In this document: in pieces, positions 20,761-30,433 of the stretch | Position numbering within the stretch: the first letter of the stretch is position 1 | How the letters are laid out: each line of letters starts with the position of its first letter | Assembly (NCBI RefSeq): GCF_004765795.1 | Contig: NZ_SBIV01000002.1 | Span: 1 to 64,000, forward strand | Direction: 5' to 3' | From: Halorussus marinus | GTDB taxonomy: Archaea > Halobacteriota > Halobacteria > Halobacteriales > Haladaptataceae | DNA length: 64,000 nucleotides | Position numbers and translations under genes: made by a program | The notes under the pieces: generated by a model | The model's database searches: none | Seen by the model: only the letters and a program-made list of their open reading frames with translations | What the model was told of the DNA's origin: nothing

Positions 20761-21432
20761 TCACCGACCGACGGTCGGGCGCCACACCAACAGCCCGACG
20801 GTGACGGCGAACGCGACGGTCCCGAGCAGGTACGACCACTCGCTGGCGGCCGCCGCGACAGCCGTGCCGCTGCCCGCCACCGCGCCCGCGACGCTCGCGA
20901 GGACGGGCCACGTACAGCTCACGCACGAGACCAGCCCGAGCAGACCGGAGACGGCCGACCCGGCGGCGTCGAGGACCGACGCGTACACCAGATACGCAAG
21001 CGTCAGGTAGCCGACGACCTTGTACGGCATCAGAGTGAGCTGGACCGCCGTCCCGCTGTAGACGAGCGCCGGCCCCCAGCCGGGCGGGAGCCACGCCACC
21101 CGCCAGCCGAGCGCGTGGTCGACCCCGACCCCCGGCGAGACAAGCCCGCCGACCGACGCCAGCACGAGCAGGTAGCCCGCACCGATCGCCGCCCCGACGT
21201 ACCGGGCGCGACTCGATTCGGCGACGAGGTCGGTTCGGCCCACCGCCAGCGCGCTGAGGTTGATCCAGACGAACGGGTAGACGAGGTAGCGCCACTCGGT
21301 GACGGTCACGTCCGCGACGAGGAGGTACGCGGCGGTCAGGATGATTTCGGTGTTGACGACGAGTCCGGCCCACAGCAACGCGTCCCGGTCGGGGGTCAGC
21401 CCCGCGAGGTCGAGATCGAGGGTGCGGCTCAT
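20761..21432 (-). CDS. Multi-pass membrane protein with CVSC motif
   Basis: Starts MSRTLDL 2 nt after the heme synthase stop; ~6 TM; SCVSCTWP. Confidence 0.8.
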   Translation of the reverse strand: MSRTLDLDLAGLTPDRDALLWAGLVVNTEIILTAAYLLVADVTVTEWRYLVYPFVWINLSALAVGRTDLVAESSRARYVGAAIGAGYLLVLASVGGLVSPGVGVDHALGWRVAWLPPGWGPALVYSGTAVQLTLMPYKVVGYLTLAYLVYASVLDAAGSAVSGLLGLVSCVSCTWPVLASVAGAVAGSGTAVAAAASEWSYLLGTVAFAVTVGLLVWRPTVGR

Positions 21433-21434
21433 AG

Positions 21435-22844
21435 TCAGAGGACCAGCGCGTCGGCGACGACCGCGAGCAACAATGCGCCGAGGTAGGCGTTCGAAGCGTG
21501 GAACGACCGGAACGCCGCCCGCTCGGTGCGCTCGTAGTGGAGGCGGACCACCGCCCAGAGGAAGAGGGCGCCGAACGCCACGCTGGTCGCGGCGTAGAGC
21601 CACCCCAGCGTCGTGACCGTCGAGAGCACGCCGGCCGCGAGCAGGGTCGCGCCGAGGTACAGCAGGATGTGCTTGCGGGTAACCGCCTCGCCGCGCACCA
21701 CCGGCATCATCGGGAAGCCCCCGCGGGCGTAGTCGTCCTTGTACGCCAGCGCGAGGTTGTAGAAGTGGGCGGGCGTCCATAGGAAGATGACCCCCGCGAG
21801 CACGAGCGCTGGGACCCCGACGTCGCCCGTCACGGCGGCCCAACCGATCAGGGCCGGAAGCGCGCCCGCGAACCCACCGATGACCGTGTTCTGGACCGTG
21901 TTGGGCTTGAGGATGAGGGTGTAGACGACGCTGTAAAAGACGATGGCGAACAGACCCAGCACCGCCGCCAGGAGGTTCACCGAGAGGAACGCGACCAGCG
22001 AGAGCGCGGCCAACAGCAGGCCGAACGCCACGGCGTTGCGCACCGGGATCCGGCTCGTGGCGGCCGGGCGGTCGGCGGTCCGGTTCATCTTCCGGTCGAC
22101 GTCCCGTTCGAGGACGTGGTTGAACGTGCCCGACGCCCCGATCGAGAGCACGCCGCCTGCGAGCGTCGCCACCACCGTTTCGACCCGAAGCGCGGGGCCG
22201 GCCGCGAGCGCCATGCCGGCCGACGCGACCAGACAGAGCAGCCACATCAGCCGGGGCTTCATCAGCCGGAAGTACGCGCCGACTGTCCGCCGAGCGCGTG
22301 CGAGCGCGGACGTGGGCGTCTCGCGGGGCTGGGTCGGGGCGTCGCTGGCCGGCGCCACCTCGTCGGGGTCCTCGACGCCGCGGGGCTCGTCGTGGGTCTC
22401 GGGTTCGAGCGTCCACGCGAGCGCGAGCACGACGCCCGAGAAGATTCCCATCCCGACGAGCAGGTGGAGCCCCGACAGCAACGCCGGGGTGGCGGTCGTC
22501 GCCGCGAGCGCGCCCATCCCGATCTGGACCGGGTAGAGCGCGGTCGCGATGCCGACGCCGAGTTTGACGCGACGCGAGACGTCCGAGCGGCGCAGGCCGA
22601 CGACCGCGGTGGCCGCTAGCAACAAGCCGACGCCGAGCGCGGCGACCCGGTGCCCCCACGCGATCGCGAGCTGGGGATCGCCGAGCGGGACGACCCACTG
22701 GCCGTGACACGCGGGCCACGTCGGACACGCCGCGGCGGCGTCGGTCAGCGCGGTCGTCGCGCCGACGACCACCAAGAGGTAGACGCCGATCGCGGTCGCT
22801 GCGAGCAGCGAGACGAGCCGGCGGGGAGAGCCTTGTTCGGTCAC
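21435..22844 (-). CDS. ctaB: Protoheme IX farnesyltransferase (heme O synthase) with N-terminal CtaA-like half domain
   Basis: LMKPR, ERDVDRKMNRTADRP, WTPAHF, DDYARGGFPM; N-terminal CPTWPAC and GHR. Confidence 0.93.
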   Translation of the reverse strand: MTEQGSPRRLVSLLAATAIGVYLLVVVGATTALTDAAAACPTWPACHGQWVVPLGDPQLAIAWGHRVAALGVGLLLAATAVVGLRRSDVSRRVKLGVGIATALYPVQIGMGALAATTATPALLSGLHLLVGMGIFSGVVLALAWTLEPETHDEPRGVEDPDEVAPASDAPTQPRETPTSALARARRTVGAYFRLMKPRLMWLLCLVASAGMALAAGPALRVETVVATLAGGVLSIGASGTFNHVLERDVDRKMNRTADRPAATSRIPVRNAVAFGLLLAALSLVAFLSVNLLAAVLGLFAIVFYSVVYTLILKPNTVQNTVIGGFAGALPALIGWAAVTGDVGVPALVLAGVIFLWTPAHFYNLALAYKDDYARGGFPMMPVVRGEAVTRKHILLYLGATLLAAGVLSTVTTLGWLYAATSVAFGALFLWAVVRLHYERTERAAFRSFHASNAYLGALLLAVVADALVL

Positions 22845-22957
22845 GCGAATCCTTGGTCGTATCTTCCGTCTCGTCGTATTTAGTAGAACCGAAATCGGGG
22901 CCGGACGGCCGCCAAGTCAGTAGGTATTTATGGAAATCGTCCTAAGTTGGACCCAGT

Positions 22958-23656
22958 ATGAAAGCCAAGCGGACAGCGCTCACAACGCTGCTGGGCGTCG
23001 GGGTGCTCGCCCTGTTCGCCGATCCGGTCCTCGCTCAGGGGTACGACTCCACGACCGAGGAGCTGATCCGGTCGCTCAACACCCAGTTGCTGTTCATGGC
23101 GATCCCCATCACGGTACTCGTCGAGGGGATCCTCATCTACACGGTGTTGAAGTACCGCAACAACGACGATCCCCAGCCCACCAAGGAGAACCGTCGGCTC
23201 GAGATCTCGTGGACCATCGCGACCGCGCTGGTGTTGCTGGTCGTCGGCTACGCCTCCTACGGCGTGATGGCCAACGACTACGTCTCGAACACGGGGGACC
23301 TCGAAGCACAGGGCGACGCGGTCGAGATCGAAGTCGTCGGCGAGAAGTACCTCTGGACGTACAACTACGAGGGCGAGAACGTCTCGACGACCGGGACGAT
23401 GGTCGTCCCGAACAACACCGACCTGTATCTCCGGATCACCTCCTCGGACTGGATACACGCGTTCCACGTCCCGGAACTCGGGCTGAAGCAAGACGCCATG
23501 CCGGGCACGCACAACACACTCAAGACGAAGGTGACCAGCGAGGGGACCTACCAGCTCTACTGTGCGGAGTACTGTGGCGTCGGTCACTCCCAGATGCTTG
23601 GCGAGGTCGAAGTCGTCTCCCAAGAAGAGTACGAGGAGTGGCTCGACGAGCAGTAG
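22958..23656 (+). CDS. coxB: Cytochrome c oxidase subunit II
   Basis: LEISWT, DWIHAF, CAEYCGVGHSQM (CuA). Confidence 0.96.
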   Translation: MKAKRTALTTLLGVGVLALFADPVLAQGYDSTTEELIRSLNTQLLFMAIPITVLVEGILIYTVLKYRNNDDPQPTKENRRLEISWTIATALVLLVVGYASYGVMANDYVSNTGDLEAQGDAVEIEVVGEKYLWTYNYEGENVSTTGTMVVPNNTDLYLRITSSDWIHAFHVPELGLKQDAMPGTHNTLKTKVTSEGTYQLYCAEYCGVGHSQMLGEVEVVSQEEYEEWLDEQ

Positions 23657-23828
23657 CGCGGTTCTGACAGCGTCTCTGCGGTCGCCGATTCTTCCGTTGC
23701 CGTACCCGTTCGACCATGACACCCGAGCGTGCGGACTCTTGTGTACGGCGACTGTCCCGTGACGGCGAGCCGAGGGCTCGCGACGCGTCGAAACGACTCC
23801 TCAATGGTGGCCGGGTCGCCGACCCCGT

Positions 23829-24488
23829 TCAGACCGCGCAGATGTCGTGGAGGTCTTCGAGCGAGTCGATGTCCCACGTCGGCCAGACGTTGAGGTACCA
23901 GTCGTCGCGGTGGGGTCGGCGGATGAACGCCGAGTCGATGCCCGCGTTCTCGGCGGCCCGGATGTCCGACTCGTTGTCGCCGACGAACAGGACCGAGTCG
24001 CCGTCGATGTCGGCGAGCGCCTTGTCGATGTAGTGGGGGTCGGGCTTGCACCGCCGGAGGCTCTCGACGATGGGCTCGCGGCCGTACGCCGTGTCGAAGA
24101 TATCCGAGACCCCGAAGTGGTCGAGGACGAAGTCGACGGTCTCCTGTTGGTTCGAGCTCACGATCCCCATCGGGACGTCGAGGTCCCGGAGAGTATCGAG
24201 GTCGTCGTAGAGGGTCTTTCGGCCCGCGCGGATCTCCTCTTGCTGGGCGCGCGAGAGCATCCGGTCGCGCTCGGCGAAGAACTCGGCGGCGTCGAGCCCG
24301 TACTCGGCGCAGACGTCGGCGACCTCGTTGGGGGTGGTTCCGACGGTCACGCCCTCGACGTGATCGGGGTCGGGATCGGCGATATCGAACTGTGCAAAGG
24401 TGTCCTGCACGGCCTCGCGGAGAACGTCGTAGCTCGTCCGGCCGACAAGGACACCGTCGTTGTCGAACACGACGGCGTCGTAGTGCAT
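23829..24488 (-). CDS. HAD-family hydrolase
   Basis: FDNDGVL, KPDP, VGDNESD. Confidence 0.9.
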   Translation of the reverse strand: MHYDAVVFDNDGVLVGRTSYDVLREAVQDTFAQFDIADPDPDHVEGVTVGTTPNEVADVCAEYGLDAAEFFAERDRMLSRAQQEEIRAGRKTLYDDLDTLRDLDVPMGIVSSNQQETVDFVLDHFGVSDIFDTAYGREPIVESLRRCKPDPHYIDKALADIDGDSVLFVGDNESDIRAAENAGIDSAFIRRPHRDDWYLNVWPTWDIDSLEDLHDICAV

Positions 24489-24589
24489 AGCGGATATGGG
24501 TGGTTCGCACTGATAAGCGTTTCCTGAACGCCGCGGCGGTCCCGGTCGCGAAAGCGACTGTGTTCGCGAGGTGAAAAGAGTGGGGCGTC

Positions 24590-25450
24590 TCAGAGCGTGA
24601 TCGCCGCGCCGGCGTACAGCACGACCACGAGGAAGATCCACACCGCGTCGACGAAGTGCCAGTACATCGAGACCGTCGACACCGAGACGTGGCGGTCGGC
24701 GGTGTACTGTCCGTACAGCCCCCGGACGAACACGATACCGATGAGCACCGCGCCAAGCGAGACGTGGAGGCCGTGGAGCCCCGTCAGCCCGAAGAAGGCG
24801 CTACTGTAGATGCCCGAGGTGAGATTGAACCCCTCGTGGACGATGAACTCGTAGTACTCGTATATCTGGCCGCCGATGAACACCACGCCGAGCAGGAGCG
24901 TCGCCCCGATGCCGACGACGAAGTTCTGCCGGTTGCCCTTCCGGAGTTCGACGTGGCCCCAGTGGAGCGTGATACTCGAAAGCACCAGCAGGGCGGTGTT
25001 AGCGAGCACCAGCGAGCTGAGCAACGGCGGGAGCTCGGCGCCCGTCGGGGGCCAGGTCCCCGCACGGATGAAGAAAAAGTACACGAACCCCGCCCCGAAC
25101 GTCGCCAGCTCGGAGCCGAGGAACAGTATCATCCCCCATCGCAGTGAGCTGCCATCGCCGTGGCCGCCGCCGCTCCAGAAGGCCTTGACGAACGCGTGGT
25201 ACACCCAGCCGTACAGCCCGACGAGGAACAGACCGACCGACCCCACGAACACCACCGAACCGTAGATGGCGTCGACGATCGGCTCCTCGCCCTGCGCGAG
25301 TACGAACAGCGCCGCGCCGATGTAGACGCCACCGGCGCCCAGCGCCGCGATGAACGGCCACCAACTGGCCTCGCCGAACCCGCGGGGCCAGTCCTCGACC
25401 GCCGGGAGGTGATGGCCGTGCTCTTCCGTTGAATCGTCCGCTACTGTCAT
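24590..25450 (-). CDS. coxC: Cytochrome c oxidase subunit III
   Basis: ASWWP, FLGSE, TGLHGLHV, YWHFVDAVW. Confidence 0.95.
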   Translation of the reverse strand: MTVADDSTEEHGHHLPAVEDWPRGFGEASWWPFIAALGAGGVYIGAALFVLAQGEEPIVDAIYGSVVFVGSVGLFLVGLYGWVYHAFVKAFWSGGGHGDGSSLRWGMILFLGSELATFGAGFVYFFFIRAGTWPPTGAELPPLLSSLVLANTALLVLSSITLHWGHVELRKGNRQNFVVGIGATLLLGVVFIGGQIYEYYEFIVHEGFNLTSGIYSSAFFGLTGLHGLHVSLGAVLIGIVFVRGLYGQYTADRHVSVSTVSMYWHFVDAVWIFLVVVLYAGAAITL

Positions 25451-25545
25451 ATCGGTGGTTTGCGCGTCGAATAGTAAAAAGCCACCTGAACGCGTCCGCC
25501 CTGCCGGAGCCGACCGGCCGGGAGCGACCGCCGCGTCGGACGACC

Positions 25546-26616
25546 CTATCGGTCGACCTCGGGCTCGTCGACCACCCGCTCGCGCTGGCGGCGGAGTCGC
25601 TGGGGCGTCCGGGCGTAGACGTGCTCGAAGATGTCGTCGACGTCGAGGCCGGTCCGCTCCTCGGCGGCGACCACCGCCTCGGCGACCCGCTCGTCGGCCC
25701 ACGCCCGGAGGTCGCGCTCGTCGGCGGCTGTCCAGCCGTGGGCGTCTTCGAGGTACTCGCGGGTGCGATCGAGCGGGTCCCGCTCGGCCCACCGCTCGAC
25801 CTCCGAATCGTCGCGGTACTGCGAGGGGTCGTCGGTCGTGGTGTGGGCGCCCCGGCGGTAGGTGACCGCCTCGATGAGTCGGGGCCCCTCGCCGGCCTTC
25901 GCGGCGTCGAGGGCGTCGCTGACCGCGCCGTACACCGCCAGCACGTCGTTGCCGTCGACCCGGACGCCCTCGAAGCCGTAGGCCCGGGCCTTCTGGGCGA
26001 TGGTGGCGCTCGCGGTCTGGCGCTCGCGGGGCACCGAGATCGCCCACTGGTTGTTCTGACAGAAGAACACCGTCGGCGCGTCGAACACGCCCGCGAAGTT
26101 CAGCCCCTCGTGGAAGTCGCCCTCGGAGGTGGCGCCGTCGCCGAAGCTGACAAGCGCCGCCCGGTCGTCGTCGCGGTAGTCGGCCGCCCTGCTCACCCCG
26201 ACGGCGTGGGGAATCTGTGTGGCGATCGGGATGGTGGGCGGGAACGTCCGGCGGCCCGGGCCGTCGGTGCCGTCGACGTAGTTGCCCTCGCCGAGGAGGT
26301 GGACCACCACGTTTTCGAGCGGGACGCCCCGACCGAGGTACAGCGCGTGGTCACGGTAGGTCGGAAAGCAAAAGTCCTCGGCGGTGAGCGCGGCCGCCGC
26401 GCCGACCTGCGCGGCCTCCTGTCCGCGGACCGGTGCGTACGTGCCGATCCGGCCCTGGCGGTGGAGCCCGACCGCCTTCTCGTCGAAGGTCCGGGCCAGC
26501 ACCTGCTGGCGGTAGAGTTCCTCGACGGTCGAGGCAGGGAGATCCGGGTCGGCCCGCTCGTCGACGGTGCCGTCGAGGTCGACGACGCGGTTCACGTCGG
26601 GTGTCTGGGTTGCCAT
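25546..26616 (-). CDS. 2-oxoacid dehydrogenase E1 alpha subunit
   Basis: RQGRIG, GQEAAQ, GDGATSEGDFHE...NN TPP motif, HTTTDDP. Confidence 0.92.
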   Translation of the reverse strand: MATQTPDVNRVVDLDGTVDERADPDLPASTVEELYRQQVLARTFDEKAVGLHRQGRIGTYAPVRGQEAAQVGAAAALTAEDFCFPTYRDHALYLGRGVPLENVVVHLLGEGNYVDGTDGPGRRTFPPTIPIATQIPHAVGVSRAADYRDDDRAALVSFGDGATSEGDFHEGLNFAGVFDAPTVFFCQNNQWAISVPRERQTASATIAQKARAYGFEGVRVDGNDVLAVYGAVSDALDAAKAGEGPRLIEAVTYRRGAHTTTDDPSQYRDDSEVERWAERDPLDRTREYLEDAHGWTAADERDLRAWADERVAEAVVAAEERTGLDVDDIFEHVYARTPQRLRRQRERVVDEPEVDR

Positions 26617-26822
26617 AGCATCGATCACCGACTGTCCACCGGTGTAACGTCGTAGGACGTTATAAAAAGCCGGCGTCATGAGAAAAGCTCGGTGGATAGA
26701 CGACCGTATTGAAATATCCAGTGAAGATTCGTAACCGATCCGCCGCCGAACCGGCGCCCGAGTAACGAACCGTCGGGTTTCGATTCGAAAAGCTTACCAG
26801 CGATCCACGAGCACGCGAACGT

Positions 26823-28133
26823 ATGACACACTGGATCGGCGAGACGTTCACGAGCGACGCCGGCTGGAACCACCTCGAGGACCTCGTCGACATCGGCGAC
26901 CGGATGGCGGGCAGTGAGGGCGAACGCGAGGGCGCCGAACTGACCCGCGACGCGCTCGAATCGGCCGGGGCCCGGAACGTCCGCCTCGACGAGTTCGACA
27001 TTCAGGGCTGGACCCGCGGCGACAGCGAGATACGGGCCGGCGGCGACAGCCTCTCGTGTATCGCGCTTCCGCGGAGCCCGGCGGGAACCGCCGCGGGCGA
27101 GCTCGTAGACCTCGGCTACGGGCTACCCGAGGACTTCGAGGACGCCGACGTCGAGGGCGACGTCGTGATGGTCGCGACCAACGTCCCGAGCCACTACGAC
27201 CGGTTCGTCCACCGCCGCGAGAAGTACTACCACGCGGTCGAGGCGGGCGCGGCGGGCTTCGTGTTCAAGAACCACGTCGAGGGGTGTCTCCCGCCGACCG
27301 GGAGCGTCGGCACCGAGGACGACCCCATCGGGGACGTGCCCGCGGTCGGCGTCTCGAAGGAGGTCGGCGCGCGACTCGCCCGGCGTTACGACGGCGAGGA
27401 GGTCGCCGTCGAGGTCGAGGCCGACGCCCACGACGCGACGAGCCAGAACGTCCACGCCGAACTCGGCCCCGACACCGACGAGGAGGTGCTGGTCACCAGC
27501 CACGTCGACGCCCACGACATCGCGGAGGGCGCGGCGGACAACGGCGCCGGCACCGCGATGGTGGTCGAGATGGCGAAGGCGCTGGCGGCCCGCGAGGACG
27601 ACCTCGACACGAAGGTCCACTTCGTCGCCTACGGCGCCGAGGAGGTCGGACTCGTCGGATCGGGGTACGACGCCGAGAAGCGCGACTTCGAGTCGGTCAA
27701 GGCGGTCCTCAACAACGACGGCGTGGTCCGGGGCCGCACCCTCTCGGTGTACACCCACGGCTTCGACGCGCTCGAGGAGGCCGCCAGCGAGGTCGGCGAC
27801 GCGTTCGGCCACCCGATGACGACGATCCCCGAGCAGGGCCCCCACAGCGACCACTGGCCGTACGTCCAGTGGGGCGTCCCCGGCGTCCACCTCATGAGCG
27901 AGACCGGCGACGAGGGCCGCGGCTGGGGCCACACGTACGCCGACACCCTCGACAAGATCGAGGTCCGGGACCTCCGTGAGCAGGCGATCTTGCTGACCGA
28001 GCTCGCGGTCGCAGTCGCCGACGAGACGTTCGAGGTCGCGCCCAAAGACCCCACCGAGATCGCGACCGCGCTCGAAGCCGAGGACAAGGCCGAGGGGATG
28101 AAGATCATCGGCGACTGGCCCTACGACGAGTAA
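26823..28133 (+). CDS. M28 family aminopeptidase with PA domain
   Basis: SHVD, GAADNGAG, AEEVGLVGS, SDH, HTYADT. Confidence 0.92.
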   Translation: MTHWIGETFTSDAGWNHLEDLVDIGDRMAGSEGEREGAELTRDALESAGARNVRLDEFDIQGWTRGDSEIRAGGDSLSCIALPRSPAGTAAGELVDLGYGLPEDFEDADVEGDVVMVATNVPSHYDRFVHRREKYYHAVEAGAAGFVFKNHVEGCLPPTGSVGTEDDPIGDVPAVGVSKEVGARLARRYDGEEVAVEVEADAHDATSQNVHAELGPDTDEEVLVTSHVDAHDIAEGAADNGAGTAMVVEMAKALAAREDDLDTKVHFVAYGAEEVGLVGSGYDAEKRDFESVKAVLNNDGVVRGRTLSVYTHGFDALEEAASEVGDAFGHPMTTIPEQGPHSDHWPYVQWGVPGVHLMSETGDEGRGWGHTYADTLDKIEVRDLREQAILLTELAVAVADETFEVAPKDPTEIATALEAEDKAEGMKIIGDWPYDE

Positions 28134-28177
28134 CGACGACTCCGTACGCTTTTCATGCACGCCGCGCAAGGGGCAAG

Positions 28178-28945
28178 GTGATGGTTAGGGCTCACGAGCG
28201 GGGAGTCGGGCGACTCGGCGTCGTCGGCGAGGGATCCGTGGCCGACAGCGTCGCGGCCGCGGCCGACACCAGCGACGCGACCGCCGTCCGGGGGTCGGCG
28301 GCCGAACTGGTCGGGACCGACCTCGACGCGATCGCCGCGGTCGGCGAACCGGCGGTGGTCGCGCTGGTCCGGGCCGGAGTCACGACGCCCGTCCTCCCGG
28401 TCGGGGCCGGAGACGGCTACGGTGCGGTCCCCGAACCGGACGCGGTCGCGGGGGTCGAGTCCCTGCTCGACGACGGGTTCGAGACCGACTCCCGGACGGT
28501 GCTCGGCGCGTCGGTCGACGGCGACCCCGTCGGGCGCGCGGTGGCCGACGCGATGCTGGTCACCAGCGAGCCGGCTCGCATCTCGGAGTACGCGATCCGG
28601 TCGGGCGGCGAGTCGGTCGCGAGCGTCCGGGCCGACGGCATCGTGGTCTCGACGCCGACCGGCAGTCCCGGCTACGGTCGGAACACGGGCGGCCCGCTGC
28701 TCGAACCCGGCGGGGGCGTCGTCGGCGTAGTCCCGATCGCCCCGTTCGCGGTGAACGTCGACCACTGGGTGCTCGACGTCGCGGAGCCGATCTCGCTGAC
28801 GGTCGAACGCGACGACGGCGAAGTGGAGTTGCTCCTCGACGGCGAGCGCGCACGCGCTGTCGCTCCGAGCGCGCGGGTCGATATCGTCGCCGACGACGCG
28901 GTCCGACTGGCTCGGGTGCCCGAGTCACGGCGGTTCTTCGGGTGA
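28178..28945 (+). CDS. NAD kinase-like protein (degenerate motifs)
   Basis: ADGIVVSTPTGSPGY...GGP, VPIAP; GGDG and NE motifs not found; start uncertain. Confidence 0.75.
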   Translation: MMVRAHERGVGRLGVVGEGSVADSVAAAADTSDATAVRGSAAELVGTDLDAIAAVGEPAVVALVRAGVTTPVLPVGAGDGYGAVPEPDAVAGVESLLDDGFETDSRTVLGASVDGDPVGRAVADAMLVTSEPARISEYAIRSGGESVASVRADGIVVSTPTGSPGYGRNTGGPLLEPGGGVVGVVPIAPFAVNVDHWVLDVAEPISLTVERDDGEVELLLDGERARAVAPSARVDIVADDAVRLARVPESRRFFG

Positions 28946-29006
28946 GCGCCGCGATCGCTCGCGGCGATGGAAAGGATATAATACGCCGCCTTCACGAATA
29001 TCTAGT

Positions 29007-29447
29007 ATGCAATCGCTGTCGATGTTCGGACCGGTGGACGCCGTCGTCGCGCCCGTCATCGAGTACGTGGTGCTCGCGCTGGTGCTGGTCAACATGGGGA
29101 CGCGGCTGTTCGCGTACCGCGGCTACCGAAAACAGGCCCAAACCGACGACCACGACGACGAACTGAGCCGCAACGTCGTCCACGAGGTGTCGAACGGCGT
29201 GCTCGTGCTGGCGTCGTTCTACCTCCTGACGGTACACCACCACGCGGGGATGGTGATGTCGGCGCTCGTGCTCGGGCTGTTCATCGCCGACTTCTTCGAG
29301 TTCGAGGCCCGGGAGGTCGAACTCAGGAAGGGCGAGCGGCTGAGCAGACCCAACGGCGCGCTCACCGCGTCCGCGCTCGTGTTGCTCTACGCCGGCTACC
29401 AGAGCTTCTTTTATCTCATCGAGCCGTACTGGAGCGCGATCGTCTAA
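29007..29447 (+). CDS. Membrane protein adjacent to pet operon
   Basis: 4 TM, HHHAG, DFFEFE; TATA-like GATATAA upstream. Confidence 0.8.
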   Translation: MQSLSMFGPVDAVVAPVIEYVVLALVLVNMGTRLFAYRGYRKQAQTDDHDDELSRNVVHEVSNGVLVLASFYLLTVHHHAGMVMSALVLGLFIADFFEFEAREVELRKGERLSRPNGALTASALVLLYAGYQSFFYLIEPYWSAIV

Positions 29448-29841
29448 CCGGTTGGGTTCTCGACGCCGCCGACGCCAAACCGCGTCGGGGCGGCGCCGTT
29501 TCTACGTTCTCATCGGCGCCGTCTTTCGCCGAGCAGTCCTCGTTCTGACGAGACCGACTCGCTCGTCTCGCCGATGTCTCGACGCCGACGCTCGGCGCGT
29601 TCGAGGGGGGCGTCGGTGTGGACGCTCGCAAGTGGCTCGGTCGAGTGATCGTCGACAGCGCGAGGAGTACAGGGCCGGCACGCTCCGGAAGACCTGACCG
29701 GACCCTCGGGCCTCGCGCACACGACGGCGGGCCGAGACGACCACGCCGTCCGGCCCGAAGCCTACGGTCGTGAGCGTGGCTCGGGCCCGAAACGGCGACG
29801 CTACCGGGCGTCGAAATCGTCCGCCAGAACAGACCGCGACC

Positions 29842-30096
29842 TCACGTCGAGGCTTCTCGAAGCTGTTTGAACGCCGGGATCAGCACCCAGAAGGTTAACA
29901 CGCCCAGAATGATGAACCAGAACAGTCCCGCGCGGAGCGCGATCGCGGCCTCGCCGTACGCCCCGAGCCCCTCGGGGATCTCCCCGACGAGCTGGGTGTC
30001 CTCGAACCCCGGCGTGGTGTACCAGCCCGACAGCACCATCCAGAGGAGCCCGCCACCCGTGAGGATGCCGAGTCCCTTGATGAATTCGTCAGCCAT
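29842..30096 (-). CDS. Small 2-TM protein, last gene of pet operon
   Basis: 84 aa, overlaps the upstream gene stop. Confidence 0.82.
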   Translation of the reverse strand: MADEFIKGLGILTGGGLLWMVLSGWYTTPGFEDTQLVGEIPEGLGAYGEAAIALRAGLFWFIILGVLTFWVLIPAFKQLREAST

Positions 30097-30415
30097 TGTT
30101 TGATGGTTCGTCGGAGCCGTCTTTAGGTTTTCCCATTCCCTCGGCGCGGAACCGGGTCGAGAAGGCGTACACCACCGCCCCTGCGGCGATCATCACCACT
30201 CCGAGGATGGCCAGCGGGACGTCGGCCTCCGCGATCGAGAGGCGCGCCCGCTGGGTCGCGGTGTCGAGGACGATGAATCCGCCGACCACGAATCCGACGG
30301 CGAACATCGTCGAGAAGACGGTCACGACCTTGTACAGCTGGAGCGGGACCACGACCTCGCGGGCGCTTGCCTCCGGGTCGGCGTCGGTGTCGGTGTCGTC
30401 GATACTGGAATCCAT
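30089..30415 (-). CDS. Small 2-TM protein of pet operon
   Basis: 108 aa, VVVPLQLYKVVTVFST, 18 nt after petD. Confidence 0.82.
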   Translation of the reverse strand: MDSSIDDTDTDADPEASAREVVVPLQLYKVVTVFSTMFAVGFVVGGFIVLDTATQRARLSIAEADVPLAILGVVMIAAGAVVYAFSTRFRAEGMGKPKDGSDEPSNNG

Positions 30416-30433
30416 GAAAGGTGACCGAGTCCG

